Shown here one piece after another: positions 10,470 to 20,062 of a DNA stretch of 64,000 bases. A program made the position numbers and the translations under genes. The stretch spans positions 288,001 to 352,000 of the forward strand of contig CAVVUN010000003.1 in the NCBI GenBank assembly GCA_963751455.1, given 5' to 3'. This DNA is from Nitrospirota bacterium. GTDB lineage: Bacteria; Nitrospirota; UBA9217. Numbering within the stretch: position 1 is the first letter of the stretch; each line of letters opens with the position of its first letter. Below the pieces are notes generated by a model, which saw nothing but the letters and a program-made list of their open reading frames with translations, was not told the origin of the DNA and made no database searches.

Positions 10470-11795
10470 ATGACGATCAGGAACCATACTCTTGAAGACG
10501 GCGCGAATATCGCGGTCATTGGCGGCGGCCCCTCGGGCTCGTTCTTCAGCATCTTTGCGCTCAAGATGGCGCGAATGCTCGGGAAAGAGCTGAAGGTCAC
10601 GATCTTCGAGCCAAAGGATTTCACCAAAACCGGTCCGGCCGGCTGCAACCACTGCGGCGGCATTATTTCGGAACTGCTGCTGCAAACCCTGGCCGTCGAG
10701 GGCATCAACCTTCCTGAAACGGTTGTCCGCAAAGGCATTGACTCCTACAAGCTCCACACAAACCACGGAAGTGTGTTCATCACCACACCCGCCTTTGATA
10801 AGACCATTGCGACGGTGTCGCGCGGCGGCGGCCCGAAAGGGGTCATGGTCGAGGGGAAGGAAAGCTTCGATCAGTTTCTGCTGAGCGCTGCCGAACAGGA
10901 AGGCGCGGTGCGCAAGCCGCTGATGGTCGACCATCTCGAATTCCGAGAGGGGTTGCCGCGCCTGTTCTCAAACAAGCAGGAGGTCATGACAGCCGATGTG
11001 GTGGTGGGTGCTTTCGGTGTAAATGGCCGGACGACGAAGCTCGTTGAGAACATGGGGTTCGGCTATCAGGAGCCGCCCGTAGTCACGGCCGCCATTGCCG
11101 AACTCGGCATGAGCCCGGACGCCATCGCCGAACGCTTCGGAAATTCCATTCATCTGTTCCTTATCCCGGACAAAGGCGTCAAGTTCGCGGCAATGATTCC
11201 CAAAGGCTCGTATGTAACCCTCTGCATCCTCGGGAACGCCGTCAATTCCAAGACCGTCGCGGATTTTCTGGAAAAGCCGGTTGCGCAGGCGCTGCTGAAG
11301 GACATTGATTACCGGCTGGAGTGCCGGTGTCTCCCGAAGATGAACGTGGGCGCGCCAAAAATACCTTTTGCCGACCGGATGGTCATGTGCGGCGACGCGG
11401 GCTCCACACGGTTGTTCAAGGACGGTTTGGGGGCAGCGTACCTCATGGGCAAGGCGGCGGCAAAGACCGTGGTGTTTCACGGCGTGAGCCGCGAGGATTT
11501 CAAACAAGGGTACCATCCCGTCTATAAAAGCATTATCACCGACAACTACTACGGGCGCTACCTCTATACCATCACGGATATTTACCGGAAGAACGGCTTC
11601 CTCACCAGGGGAATGCTGAACGTGGTCCGGACGGAACAGCGCCGGTCCGGGAACGACCGGATCCTGAGCTCGATCCTCTGGGACATGTTCACCGGCAATG
11701 AACGGTATAAGGCCATTCTGCCGCGGGCGTTGAGCGTCAGGATGCATCTCGATCTCTGGCGCACCTTTGCCGGGCAGTTGGTGGGGCTCTCGTAA
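10470..11795 (+). CDS. FAD-dependent oxidoreductase (geranylgeranyl reductase-like fold)
   Basis: VIGGGPSG Rossmann motif, CNHCGG, MCGDAG...KDGLG. Confidence 0.85.
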   Translation: MTIRNHTLEDGANIAVIGGGPSGSFFSIFALKMARMLGKELKVTIFEPKDFTKTGPAGCNHCGGIISELLLQTLAVEGINLPETVVRKGIDSYKLHTNHGSVFITTPAFDKTIATVSRGGGPKGVMVEGKESFDQFLLSAAEQEGAVRKPLMVDHLEFREGLPRLFSNKQEVMTADVVVGAFGVNGRTTKLVENMGFGYQEPPVVTAAIAELGMSPDAIAERFGNSIHLFLIPDKGVKFAAMIPKGSYVTLCILGNAVNSKTVADFLEKPVAQALLKDIDYRLECRCLPKMNVGAPKIPFADRMVMCGDAGSTRLFKDGLGAAYLMGKAAAKTVVFHGVSREDFKQGYHPVYKSIITDNYYGRYLYTITDIYRKNGFLTRGMLNVVRTEQRRSGNDRILSSILWDMFTGNERYKAILPRALSVRMHLDLWRTFAGQLVGLS

Positions 11796-11861
11796 AAAAC
11801 GGGATGAAAACATTCCAGCACCGTTAGACTAAAAAATCTCCGCACTGCGGAGAAGGATTCT

Positions 11862-11952
11862 ACCGCGAAGACGCGAAGGTCGCGAAGGAAATCCTGAAGT
11901 TTTGAATTAAAGTAAAAACCCAGTATTTTGTTGTCCTCGCGTACTTCGCGGT
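11862..11952. repeat. palindromic MITE/REP-like element
   Basis: ACCGCGAAGACGCGAAGG ... CCTCGCGTACTTCGCGGT arms; resembles the inner module of the 29286 and 54268 elements. Confidence 0.6.
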
Positions 11953-12033
11953 TCCAATGTTATGGTTTCAGCTGCCTGGTCTTTTCTTACTTGTGACCTG
12001 CAGAACATTGAAATATTTTCCAGGAGGCGCCTT

Positions 12034-12429
12034 ATGAGAGACGGAGAGCTTGGAAGAGTTTACAAGGACGGCGAGCCCATATGCACTGAGGGCGATCAAG
12101 GCGACGTGATGTACGTTATCCAGACCGGGAAAGTGGCGATCACCAAGCATGCTCCGGCCGGAGAGATGACGCTCGCTACGCTCCAGGGCGGAGATATCTT
12201 CGGAGAGATGGCGCTGTTCGACAAAATGCCGCGTTCCGCAACGGCAAGGGCGATCGGCGAGGCGCGCGTGCTGAGCATCGACAAGAAAAAGCTTTTTCTC
12301 ACGATCAGCCATGACCCGACGCTGGTATTCAAGATGCTCGACACCATGAGCCGGCGGATACGCACACTGAACGAGAACCTGGCCGGCCAATCGGAAGCAA
12401 GAACGGAAATACAGAAGTTATTCTACTAA
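12034..12429 (+). CDS. cyclic nucleotide-binding domain protein
   Basis: EGDQGDVMYVIQTGKV and GDIFGEMALFDKMPRSATA; AGGAGG RBS. Confidence 0.9.
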   Translation: MRDGELGRVYKDGEPICTEGDQGDVMYVIQTGKVAITKHAPAGEMTLATLQGGDIFGEMALFDKMPRSATARAIGEARVLSIDKKKLFLTISHDPTLVFKMLDTMSRRIRTLNENLAGQSEARTEIQKLFY

Positions 12430-12477
12430 TCCGGGTTCCCAATCCGGGAAAAGCATTTAGCTCAGGAATTTTCTTAA

Positions 12478-12512
12478 AAGGGGAGGGACGTGATGTCCCT
12501 CCCCTTGCTTTG
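12478..12512 (+). terminator. intrinsic terminator-like hairpin
   Basis: GGGGAGGGAC-GTGAT-GTCCCTCCCC followed by TTGCTTT. Confidence 0.6.
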
Positions 12513-12784
12513 TGATATTCTGCACTCGAGTCACACCAAGAAATCTTACCTCATTATAGTTATTGACATTCGCAACAAATTACCTTACTCTTTGTTGAAT
12601 TTGTGGCCACAAAAGGCACATAACGCACATAAAAAGCCAAATAAACCTTTTGTGAATTTTGCGGCATAAAAACAGGGGAGAGAGACGGAGACACCTTCTG
12701 GAATTTCAACAAAGTTCTCCGGGTTCGCTTGGCGTCTGTGCCAAAAATATTTATCGTTGCGACTTTGATCAAAAGGAGAGCTCA

Positions 12785-13537
12785 ATGAAAAGAATCTTCA
12801 AACAAACGGCAGGTATTTTCGCTGTGTTTCTTCTGGTTTCCTGCGGCAGCGGCCAGCAGTCTTCCCGACAGGAAGAGAATGCGAAAAGCGGCGCTTCCCA
12901 GAGTGAAAGCGCGAATACTGAGGACGGCATCGGCAATAACGCCTATCAACAAAACAGCATCACGACCGCCGGCACCGGGACCTCACCGCGTTTGATCACG
13001 GACCTGACCGGTTCGACGATGATCCCGGTCTGCAGTGGAAGGACCGGAACTGCCGGACCCGCGGGAACCATGGGACCCGGCGGAAGAACGGAATCCGCCG
13101 GCATGAGGGGCAGCATGGGACGGACAGGAACCACCGGAAGGACGGGGTCCATGAGAGGCACAGTAACCACCGAACCGTCTATTGTCCAGGTCACGATTGA
13201 CATCAGGCCAGGCGGAGCTCCGAACAGCATCAATCCGGGGAGTCAGGGTGTGACGCCGGCCGCGATCTTATCATCGCCGGGCTTCGACGCCTCAGCGGCA
13301 GTGGATCCTGCATCGCTCACCTTCGGCGCTACAGGAGATGAGCCGAGTCTTGCATTCTGCGATAGCGGGTACGAGGACGTTAATAATGACGGTTTATCCG
13401 ATCTGGTCTGCCACTTTACCACCCAATTGACGGGTTTCAAAAGCGGAGATGCAGTGGGCATCTTAAAAGGACGGACGACCGATGATGCAGCTTTTGAGGG
13501 ATCAGATTCAGTACGTATTGTGTCTTCCGCAGAATAG
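12785..13537 (+). CDS. lipoprotein with Gly-X-Y-like tract and C-terminal beta domain
   Basis: LVSC lipobox; GRTGTAGPAGTMGPG... tract; IDIRPG..NSINP and DVNNDGLSDL Ca-loop-like motif; AAGGAG RBS. Confidence 0.8.
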   Translation: MKRIFKQTAGIFAVFLLVSCGSGQQSSRQEENAKSGASQSESANTEDGIGNNAYQQNSITTAGTGTSPRLITDLTGSTMIPVCSGRTGTAGPAGTMGPGGRTESAGMRGSMGRTGTTGRTGSMRGTVTTEPSIVQVTIDIRPGGAPNSINPGSQGVTPAAILSSPGFDASAAVDPASLTFGATGDEPSLAFCDSGYEDVNNDGLSDLVCHFTTQLTGFKSGDAVGILKGRTTDDAAFEGSDSVRIVSSAE

Positions 13538-14054
13538 AAGCATGACGTAGTTGTAGTAATTAACATCCATTGTGGTGCACGCTGGCGAAGGTGGGAACGT
13601 CCCTGACTTTTCCGAAGCCTCGGGCCTTCGAGGATTTGTATCTAAGCACACAAAACTTAACCGGATGACCCGGCTGGATCGCATAGGCAGGACCTGCCGT
13701 GAATGCTGCTGACACGGCGAGTAAAAGGAACAACTTCAAAAAACGCATCATGTGGCCTGCTTACTAAATAGTAAGCAGGCTGGTTGCGCCACTGGCTCCA
13801 CCACCTACCCTGGCGCCCAAATCGGCCGGGTGGTTTCATAGCCGCCCTCTGGTTAATAAAAAGTAGCCTTCGGGAACACCTAAGAACGTTCACCCCCTCT
13901 CTCGTTTTAATCAATATCCCATATAAGTAAAACATAAAAACGATAAAGCGTGTGTGATCTGAATTACAAATCGTTATATAGTTATTCCCTCATGAAATGG
14001 TTTTGATATGCAGTAAACTGATCGGCGCAAGGGGGATATTGCGGCGGTCACAAA

Positions 14055-15302
14055 TTACCAGGCTCCGCCGTTTGAGAGGACAAAGATATCGGCAACGGGA
14101 GTTCCGTCGGCATTCACAAACCTGCCGTGGATATCGCCGTATTTCTGCTGATCAGGATAATTGTTTCCAATCAGCCCGTAACCCCATGCCGCAAAATACC
14201 GATGATTAACGCTGTCATAGGCAAGCGTCGGATGGCGGTCCCCATGGTAATCGGAATGTGACAGCATGAGATTGGCGCTCGATACGGCATTGTCTGCAGT
14301 CCCGTCTGCGGCAAGCGCCTGGCCGTATATGCGTTCATTGCCCAGGGTGTTGTCGCCATATATAATGAAGTATTTTTGGCCGGCGGGGTCATATGCGGAT
14401 CGGTGATATAAAACATTGCGTTCACCGGTTGAGATCGTAAGGAAGGTGCTGAACGGACCTCCCGCTGAATTCAGAACTTGTCCTTTGAGGGAATAGACTC
14501 CGGTGTCCGGATCGGATTCTTCCCATGTGACCAGAAATCTTGAATTGATCGTGTCACGGGCTGCAGACGGCCGATATTGCAAGCCGCTCGCTGCAGATAT
14601 CAGGAATTCCGGAACAGCAAACGAACCATCCGGGTTGATGATGCAGCCTCGTATCCCGTGGCCGCCGCTTTCCCAGGCACAGAAGAACCTATTATTGATG
14701 CCGTCGTATATTAGCGCAGGAGAGACGCCTGCTGCTGCGGTCTCGGAGACTATTATTTGACGTCCGGCAAGCACGCCGTCCGCGGTTATACCTTGAGCGC
14801 TCAAACTGTCAATGTTCGAGAAATGTCTTTCTCCCCATACGACCAGAAACGAGCCCTGGGCATCATCATAGGCCGCTGACGAACACCCGGGGAACGATGC
14901 ATTTCCGGACACGGAAAAGGATGGCCCGTACAGGGTTCCGTCTCCGTTTATAAGCTGTCCGTAAACGGCATTTGATCCGGTCCAGACGACAAGGAATTTC
15001 TGATGAAGCCCGTCATAGGCTGCTGAGGGGCAGAAATATTGGGAATCGGCTTCGGAAATCGTGAGCTCAGCGCCGGTCGGTGCTCCCTCATTGCCGACGA
15101 ACCTCCCCGAAATACGCCCTTCATTCTTTTTCCCGAATCTCTGTTTCACATATACTGCAAAAAACCTGTTGGCTGTGTCATCGTAGACAGCGGCCGGAGC
15201 AGATGCGCCGCCTGTATCCGACGTTCCTCCCGGACACGCGTTGAGCGTGAGGCACAAACAGAACAGTACCCCGATAGAGACTATTTTTGTTTTTGTCGGC
15301 AT
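14055..15302 (-). CDS. lipoprotein with repeated beta-propeller-like blades
   Basis: LNAC lipobox; repeats of the form PsaAYD...FLVVW...YGQ/ING..DG; GAGGAGG RBS. Confidence 0.8.
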   Translation of the reverse strand: MPTKTKIVSIGVLFCLCLTLNACPGGTSDTGGASAPAAVYDDTANRFFAVYVKQRFGKKNEGRISGRFVGNEGAPTGAELTISEADSQYFCPSAAYDGLHQKFLVVWTGSNAVYGQLINGDGTLYGPSFSVSGNASFPGCSSAAYDDAQGSFLVVWGERHFSNIDSLSAQGITADGVLAGRQIIVSETAAAGVSPALIYDGINNRFFCAWESGGHGIRGCIINPDGSFAVPEFLISAASGLQYRPSAARDTINSRFLVTWEESDPDTGVYSLKGQVLNSAGGPFSTFLTISTGERNVLYHRSAYDPAGQKYFIIYGDNTLGNERIYGQALAADGTADNAVSSANLMLSHSDYHGDRHPTLAYDSVNHRYFAAWGYGLIGNNYPDQQKYGDIHGRFVNADGTPVADIFVLSNGGAW

Positions 15303-15416
15303 CGTTGATGCCTCCTCGGTATTTCTATTTTTTCTCTGTGTCTGCGGTGCGCTCTGCGGCACAGTGTTCCACTATATTGGATCTCTGCGGGCGCAGCAGT
15401 TCCGTCCCCGGTAAAG

Positions 15417-16511
15417 CTACCACAGAATTCCCGCCATCACACCAGCCGTGATAGTCTGCCCGAGCTGCCCGAACGCGCCGGGAGTGCCTTTTCTGTCATA
15501 AGAAGCAACCTGCAGCGAGGGATCCACGTAGAAATTATACGGACCAAAAAGCATTTTATAACCCGTATGAATATTCGCTTCGGTCAGGAAAGTTTTCCCT
15601 TTCCCTGTTGTTACAAACGGTGTCCCAAGGTCGTCTTTCCAGGTGCCCTCAACCCACCAGCGGCCGACACCGAGGCCCATATACCAACCCTGTTGCGCGC
15701 GCCCGCCGGGATAGAAGCGGGCCCCGATTTCCGCGCCCATCCCGCGCGCTGTTTCAGCATACGATTCGGTGTCGCATCGATAGGCCACGTACCCGATTTT
15801 CGCGTACGCAGCCATGAAGCGGAAGACGGTTATTTCGGGGGATAGTGAGAAGGTATATCCGAAGTCATCATACGCATCCGTCATAAAGCCCGATACTCCG
15901 AAGCCAAGGGTATTCTTCCCGGCCAATGCATTCTTCGGTTCCTTCTCAACGGGTTGTTGGACTGACTTTCTGCCTGCACGGGCTGCGGTCTCGCTGGTTG
16001 CTCCGGCTCCACTGTTCACGACGCCGCCCGATATCGTATTTGCTATCTTATCTGTAATTTCGTCGCTTATCCCGTTTATACATCTTTTCCAGCTTCTTTT
16101 TGACCTTTCCGCAATCTGTCCGGATGCAATCGTCTCACTGCTTTTTTCGAGGACATAATCGACGGATACCTTTGCACTCCGGCCAAACGGATGTAAAAAA
16201 CCGAATTTCAAGTAAACGAGATTATAAGCAAGAACATAACGATCAGGTTGCTTCTTCTGGTCTTCATCATCGGAAGTGACAACGTTAAAGCCGCGCGCAT
16301 TCAGCTTTTGAGCGATGGATCTTTTCAGCCTTGCATCGATCGCGCGTTGCTGGTCCCGGTGCGAGCCCTCGGTCTGCGCGGTTATAGTGCTTCTCGAAAC
16401 GAGCAGGATCGTCTCGTCCTGCGAAGGCCCTCCGTTTTCGCCGGCACGGGAAATTCCCTCTAAAAAAAGAAGGGACGAAAGCATAACAACCGAAAGAAAA
16501 AGTTTCATCAT
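15417..16511 (-). CDS. exported protein with probable C-terminal outer-membrane beta-barrel
   Basis: Signal peptide; alternating aromatic beta strands (GARFYP, GWYMGLG); C-terminal Trp. Confidence 0.65.
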   Translation of the reverse strand: MMKLFLSVVMLSSLLFLEGISRAGENGGPSQDETILLVSRSTITAQTEGSHRDQQRAIDARLKRSIAQKLNARGFNVVTSDDEDQKKQPDRYVLAYNLVYLKFGFLHPFGRSAKVSVDYVLEKSSETIASGQIAERSKRSWKRCINGISDEITDKIANTISGGVVNSGAGATSETAARAGRKSVQQPVEKEPKNALAGKNTLGFGVSGFMTDAYDDFGYTFSLSPEITVFRFMAAYAKIGYVAYRCDTESYAETARGMGAEIGARFYPGGRAQQGWYMGLGVGRWWVEGTWKDDLGTPFVTTGKGKTFLTEANIHTGYKMLFGPYNFYVDPSLQVASYDRKGTPGAFGQLGQTITAGVMAGILW

Positions 16512-16551
16512 GATTCGCGACCCCCCCTCGCGAATGCCTATGCATATCCCT

Positions 16552-17028
16552 TCAGGCAGCTACTGTTTTAAATACGGCCGTGGAACCGGCGGTAAGATAT
16601 ATTTTTTGTCCAACGACATTCTCTGCGTCATCGCCCATGCGCAGTGTGTACTCCTTGTCCGGCTCCAGATCGGATGAGGGAGTCACCGTTATTGTACGCG
16701 GCGTATCCCACGTTTTGACGAAGATCACTGGAACATAGCTTGAATCCGCCAAAAAAACAGTTGCAGGCGCGGATGTATTCATGTCATCGGTAAATTCGAT
16801 CGTAAATTTTGTATGGAGAGGAATATTTTGATTTATTGGATTCTTCTGAAGCAGCATTGTCCGTGATTGATCATCGAGAAAATACATCCCGCTGACCATG
16901 GGACCGACCAAAACCGACCCCGGTCCGTATTCGCCGCACGCGATCGGGGTCCCGAGAAGAAGGGACGCGGAAGAGAGGGTTGCAAAGCGTATTAAAAATT
17001 CCCGCCGTGAATAATCGTGAGGATTCAT
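16552..17028 (-). CDS. Tat-signal lipoprotein with YG motif and Ig-like (Big_5-like) domain
   Basis: SRREFLI; PIAC-GEYGP; IEFTDDMN...ITVTPSSDLEPDKEYTL. Confidence 0.85.
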   Translation of the reverse strand: MNPHDYSRREFLIRFATLSSASLLLGTPIACGEYGPGSVLVGPMVSGMYFLDDQSRTMLLQKNPINQNIPLHTKFTIEFTDDMNTSAPATVFLADSSYVPVIFVKTWDTPRTITVTPSSDLEPDKEYTLRMGDDAENVVGQKIYLTAGSTAVFKTVAA

Positions 17029-17051
17029 ATGACGCCGCCTTTGGAAGACCC

Positions 17052-17531
17052 TTATACGGTTACCGTTTTAAAAACGGCTGTCGCGCTCTCGGTCAGCCAC
17101 AGATTGTAGCCTCTCGCGTCTTTGGTGTCATCACCAAGACGCAGCGTATATTCAGTATCAGGCGCCAGATTCTCTGCGGGGACCACCGTTAACAGACGGA
17201 CCGTCTCCCAGACTTTATTGTCGCATCCGACAGAGGTATTGGCAGGACCGGTCAGAGAAACCGAGGCCGGCGTCGCGGTATTCATGTCGTCGGTGAACTC
17301 GATCGTAAATTTTGTCTGCAAAGGCACGTTTTGAATGTTCTGAAGCAGCATGTTGCGCCCCTCGGCGTCGAGAAAATAGATGCCGCTCACCATGGGATAC
17401 TCCTGTTGGGAGCCCATCGGGCCGTAACAGGCCGTCGTGGTCACGCTGAGCATCAGCGCACCGGACGAAAGATAAGCGAACTTCTTTAGAAATTCCCTGC
17501 GCGAATAATCATCGTTCATCATGGATTCCAT
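17052..17531 (-). CDS. Tat-signal lipoprotein with YG motif and Ig-like (Big_5-like) domain
   Basis: SRREFLK; TTAC-YGP; IEFTDDMN...LTVVPAENLAPDTEYTL; paralog of 16552..17028. Confidence 0.85.
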   Translation of the reverse strand: MESMMNDDYSRREFLKKFAYLSSGALMLSVTTTACYGPMGSQQEYPMVSGIYFLDAEGRNMLLQNIQNVPLQTKFTIEFTDDMNTATPASVSLTGPANTSVGCDNKVWETVRLLTVVPAENLAPDTEYTLRLGDDTKDARGYNLWLTESATAVFKTVTV

Positions 17532-18627
17532 CCTCCTGACCGATTTTATCGAGGCAGCAGAAGCCGGCGGGGCTGCTGTCCTGGTCCAATAAGTGGAAGC
17601 CGCCGCCTTCGCAAAGGACCCAGTGCTCGCAGTCTCCGCACTGATGAGAAAACGTCTTCCTTCTGTCGGCGCGGTACCGTGAAAAACCGTTTTTCCAGAT
17701 ATCGATAAAGGGCGTTTCGCTGATATTCCCCTCTATGAATTTTCGCGAGACGCTCGGGCAGCCCGTTACCTTGCCGTCATGCAGTATGCTCCCGATAAGT
17801 ATCCCCGAACCGCAATAATGGAATTCATCCCGGACAACGCACTCCCATTGCGGCCCCCAATAGCCTTCCTCGCTGAGATATACACTGATGTCGGTCTGCG
17901 TTGCCCGCTGTTTTGCGATAAAGCCGAGCATCTTTACGTAATCGGCCTTATCAAGCGAAAGCTCTCCGTTGCGTGAAGCCCTGCCTCTTGAAAAAACCGG
18001 CGTGAAACGGACCGCGGGCGCCTCGAGTCGGATCAGCTCCTCGAGGAAGGCATCGAGATGGTCGATGTTGATACGGTTTACGCAGCAAATCACGTCGAAC
18101 TTATTAAAAAAACGGTCTTCGAGCAAATGACGAACAGCGGAGGTGACGATCCTGTAGGAACCTTTGCAATTTCTCAGCTTTTCATGGTCCGCCTCTATGC
18201 CGTCCAGGCTGACCGAGATCGTCTTCAACTGCGCGTTTTTCAAACGCGCGATCATGGGCCCGTCCAGCAGCATCCCGTTCGTGGTAATCCCCCAGTTGTA
18301 GCCAAGACCCGCGGAAAACGCGCCGACGTCGATGATGTCCGGCCGGAGCAGCGGTTCGCCGCCGATAATCGCAAAAGTGCATTTTTCGGCAGGATAATAT
18401 TTCGCTATGGAGCGGAGTTCCCGCCTGATCACGCCTCCGTCGATTTCGTTTGCCAGTGTGGAATCATTTCGAACGCAGTCGCTGCCGCAGTGGAGACAGG
18501 CAAGGTTGCACCGGAGGGTCGCTTCCCAAAAGAGATATTGCAACGGGGTGGAGCGCTTCAGCTGCTCCTTGCGCTCGATAAAAGCTTCAAGCGCTTTAAC
18601 TTTTTGTTCAATGGAGTTCACGGACAT
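17509..18627 (-). CDS. radical SAM/SPASM maturase (rSAM/lipoprotein-system-like)
   Basis: LFWEATLRCNLACLHCGSDC, GGEPLLRPD, ITTNG, SISLDG-like motif; SPASM CGSG...DGKVTGCPS...CGDCEHWVLCEGG. Confidence 0.92.
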   Translation of the reverse strand: MSVNSIEQKVKALEAFIERKEQLKRSTPLQYLFWEATLRCNLACLHCGSDCVRNDSTLANEIDGGVIRRELRSIAKYYPAEKCTFAIIGGEPLLRPDIIDVGAFSAGLGYNWGITTNGMLLDGPMIARLKNAQLKTISVSLDGIEADHEKLRNCKGSYRIVTSAVRHLLEDRFFNKFDVICCVNRINIDHLDAFLEELIRLEAPAVRFTPVFSRGRASRNGELSLDKADYVKMLGFIAKQRATQTDISVYLSEEGYWGPQWECVVRDEFHYCGSGILIGSILHDGKVTGCPSVSRKFIEGNISETPFIDIWKNGFSRYRADRRKTFSHQCGDCEHWVLCEGGGFHLLDQDSSPAGFCCLDKIGQEDGIHDER

Positions 18628-18861
18628 CGTGTCTCTCTCTCCCGCTTGCGATAAGAGCACATTCAATTTTTCATATCCGCAAAGCCCGGCCCTTCACCGT
18701 TGTTCAATTATAATGGAAATTACAGATTAAATAAAGAAGATAAAAATGAAAAAGCCGCGCCTCTGCGTCGTCATGGAAAATTGCCTTGTACCGATCCCGG
18801 TCGGCGCCTCATTCGTTGCTGTTTGACTTTAAGCGCATTCCTTGTTAATGTGTCGTTATAA

Positions 18862-19054
18862 GTGGAGCCCCCTCCGGCAGGAGCCGGAGGCTCCCCTCAA
18901 TAACGCGACCTTCCGCCTGCACCAAGCGTTTACGAGTGCGCTTAGCGCGAGTGCATGGCGGAACTGCTAACTCGCGTTTGCACGGCGCTTCATGCCGGCG
19001 CGAGTTAGCGCTTTCCACCCCCGGCGGGAGCCGGGGGATGCCAAGGCGCGGGAT
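18862..19054 (+). repeat. structured multi-hairpin repeat, copy 1
   Basis: Homologous to 36683..36876 and 56506..56654. Confidence 0.9.
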
Positions 19055-19088
19055 TGCGTTCTACAGGGAACAGGAAAGAGGCTATAGC

Positions 19089-19937
19089 ATGGATCAGGCT
19101 CGCATAGTATTTACCCGATTCCACGGAGACGGCAAGAACATGTTCAACGACATTTTTGCCATCGACCCGGACGGAAAGAATGAGACCCGGCTCACAATGA
19201 GCCCGGGCGCGAACGGAGAATACGTCGATAATGCAGCGCCCCGGTATAACAGGGACAGGACGATGATCGCCTTCGTAAGCACGAAAAACAACTCCAGGAA
19301 GTTGTTCAATATATTCTTCATGGATCTTGCCACCCGGAAAACCGCCCAGATCACGTCCGGAGATCTCGATATCAGCAGCGTTGACTGGGCGCCCGATGAC
19401 AGCCGGCTTGTCTTTTCCGGTTTTGACGAAAACAGGCTCCAGCAGGTGCGCGTGGTCAATATGGACAGTACGGGATTCACCAAACTGACCACCGGGCCGT
19501 CGGAGCACATGAACCCGCTGTGGTCGCCACGAGGCGATCTGATCGCGTTCGTCGAGTTTCCGCCCGGCACCGGCTCTTCCCATATATGGGTCATGGACCC
19601 CGCCGGGGGGAATCAGAGGAGGCTCACGACGGACGATGCGCCGCATTCGAATCCTTCATGGTCGCCTGACGGGTCCTGGCTCATTTACCGCTGCGATCTG
19701 GGCACACCTCATCTGCGCAGGATCAACGTAGATACCGGGGAGATCGTTCTGTTCGAGCCTCCTGCGCGGGGAGTTGATTCGTCTCCCATCTGGTCCGGGA
19801 AGGAAATCGTTTTTTCAGGCAACTGCGATTGGGAAGAAGCTGAGTCGATATTCAATCTCTACCGGATGTCCGAAACAGGAGAAAACATTCAGCGCTTGAC
19901 AACGGCGCAGACTTTTGACTATTGCGGGGACTGGTGA
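19089..19937 (+). CDS. TolB-like PD40 beta-propeller protein
   Basis: Repeated P.WSPDG..I/L motifs; the upstream ORF extension derives from the repeat. Confidence 0.85.
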   Translation: MDQARIVFTRFHGDGKNMFNDIFAIDPDGKNETRLTMSPGANGEYVDNAAPRYNRDRTMIAFVSTKNNSRKLFNIFFMDLATRKTAQITSGDLDISSVDWAPDDSRLVFSGFDENRLQQVRVVNMDSTGFTKLTTGPSEHMNPLWSPRGDLIAFVEFPPGTGSSHIWVMDPAGGNQRRLTTDDAPHSNPSWSPDGSWLIYRCDLGTPHLRRINVDTGEIVLFEPPARGVDSSPIWSGKEIVFSGNCDWEEAESIFNLYRMSETGENIQRLTTAQTFDYCGDW

Positions 19938-19995
19938 AGACTGACGGGGAGACTAAGGGAGTTTTACTTTAAGGGTGCGGAAACTTGTGAAATCT

Positions 19996-20038
19996 GCCTG
20001 CACCCGGCGCTTACGAGTGGCCCCGCGAGTGCAGGGCG
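19996..20038 (+). repeat. solo variant of the optional hairpin of the 3-copy element
   Basis: GCCTGCAC..GCGCTTACGAGTG..CGCGAGTGCAGGGC resembles 18915-18959. Confidence 0.55.
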
Positions 20039-20062
20039 CGTAATCTTTGGATAGCAAAAACC

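Noticed and set aside
13560-13751. Short ORF with a signal peptide
   Set aside because: Sequence degenerates after the signal; probably a fragment
18936-19088. N-terminal extension of the TolB-like ORF and similar ORFs at 36609-36975 and 56503-56785
   Set aside because: They are translations of the repeated element
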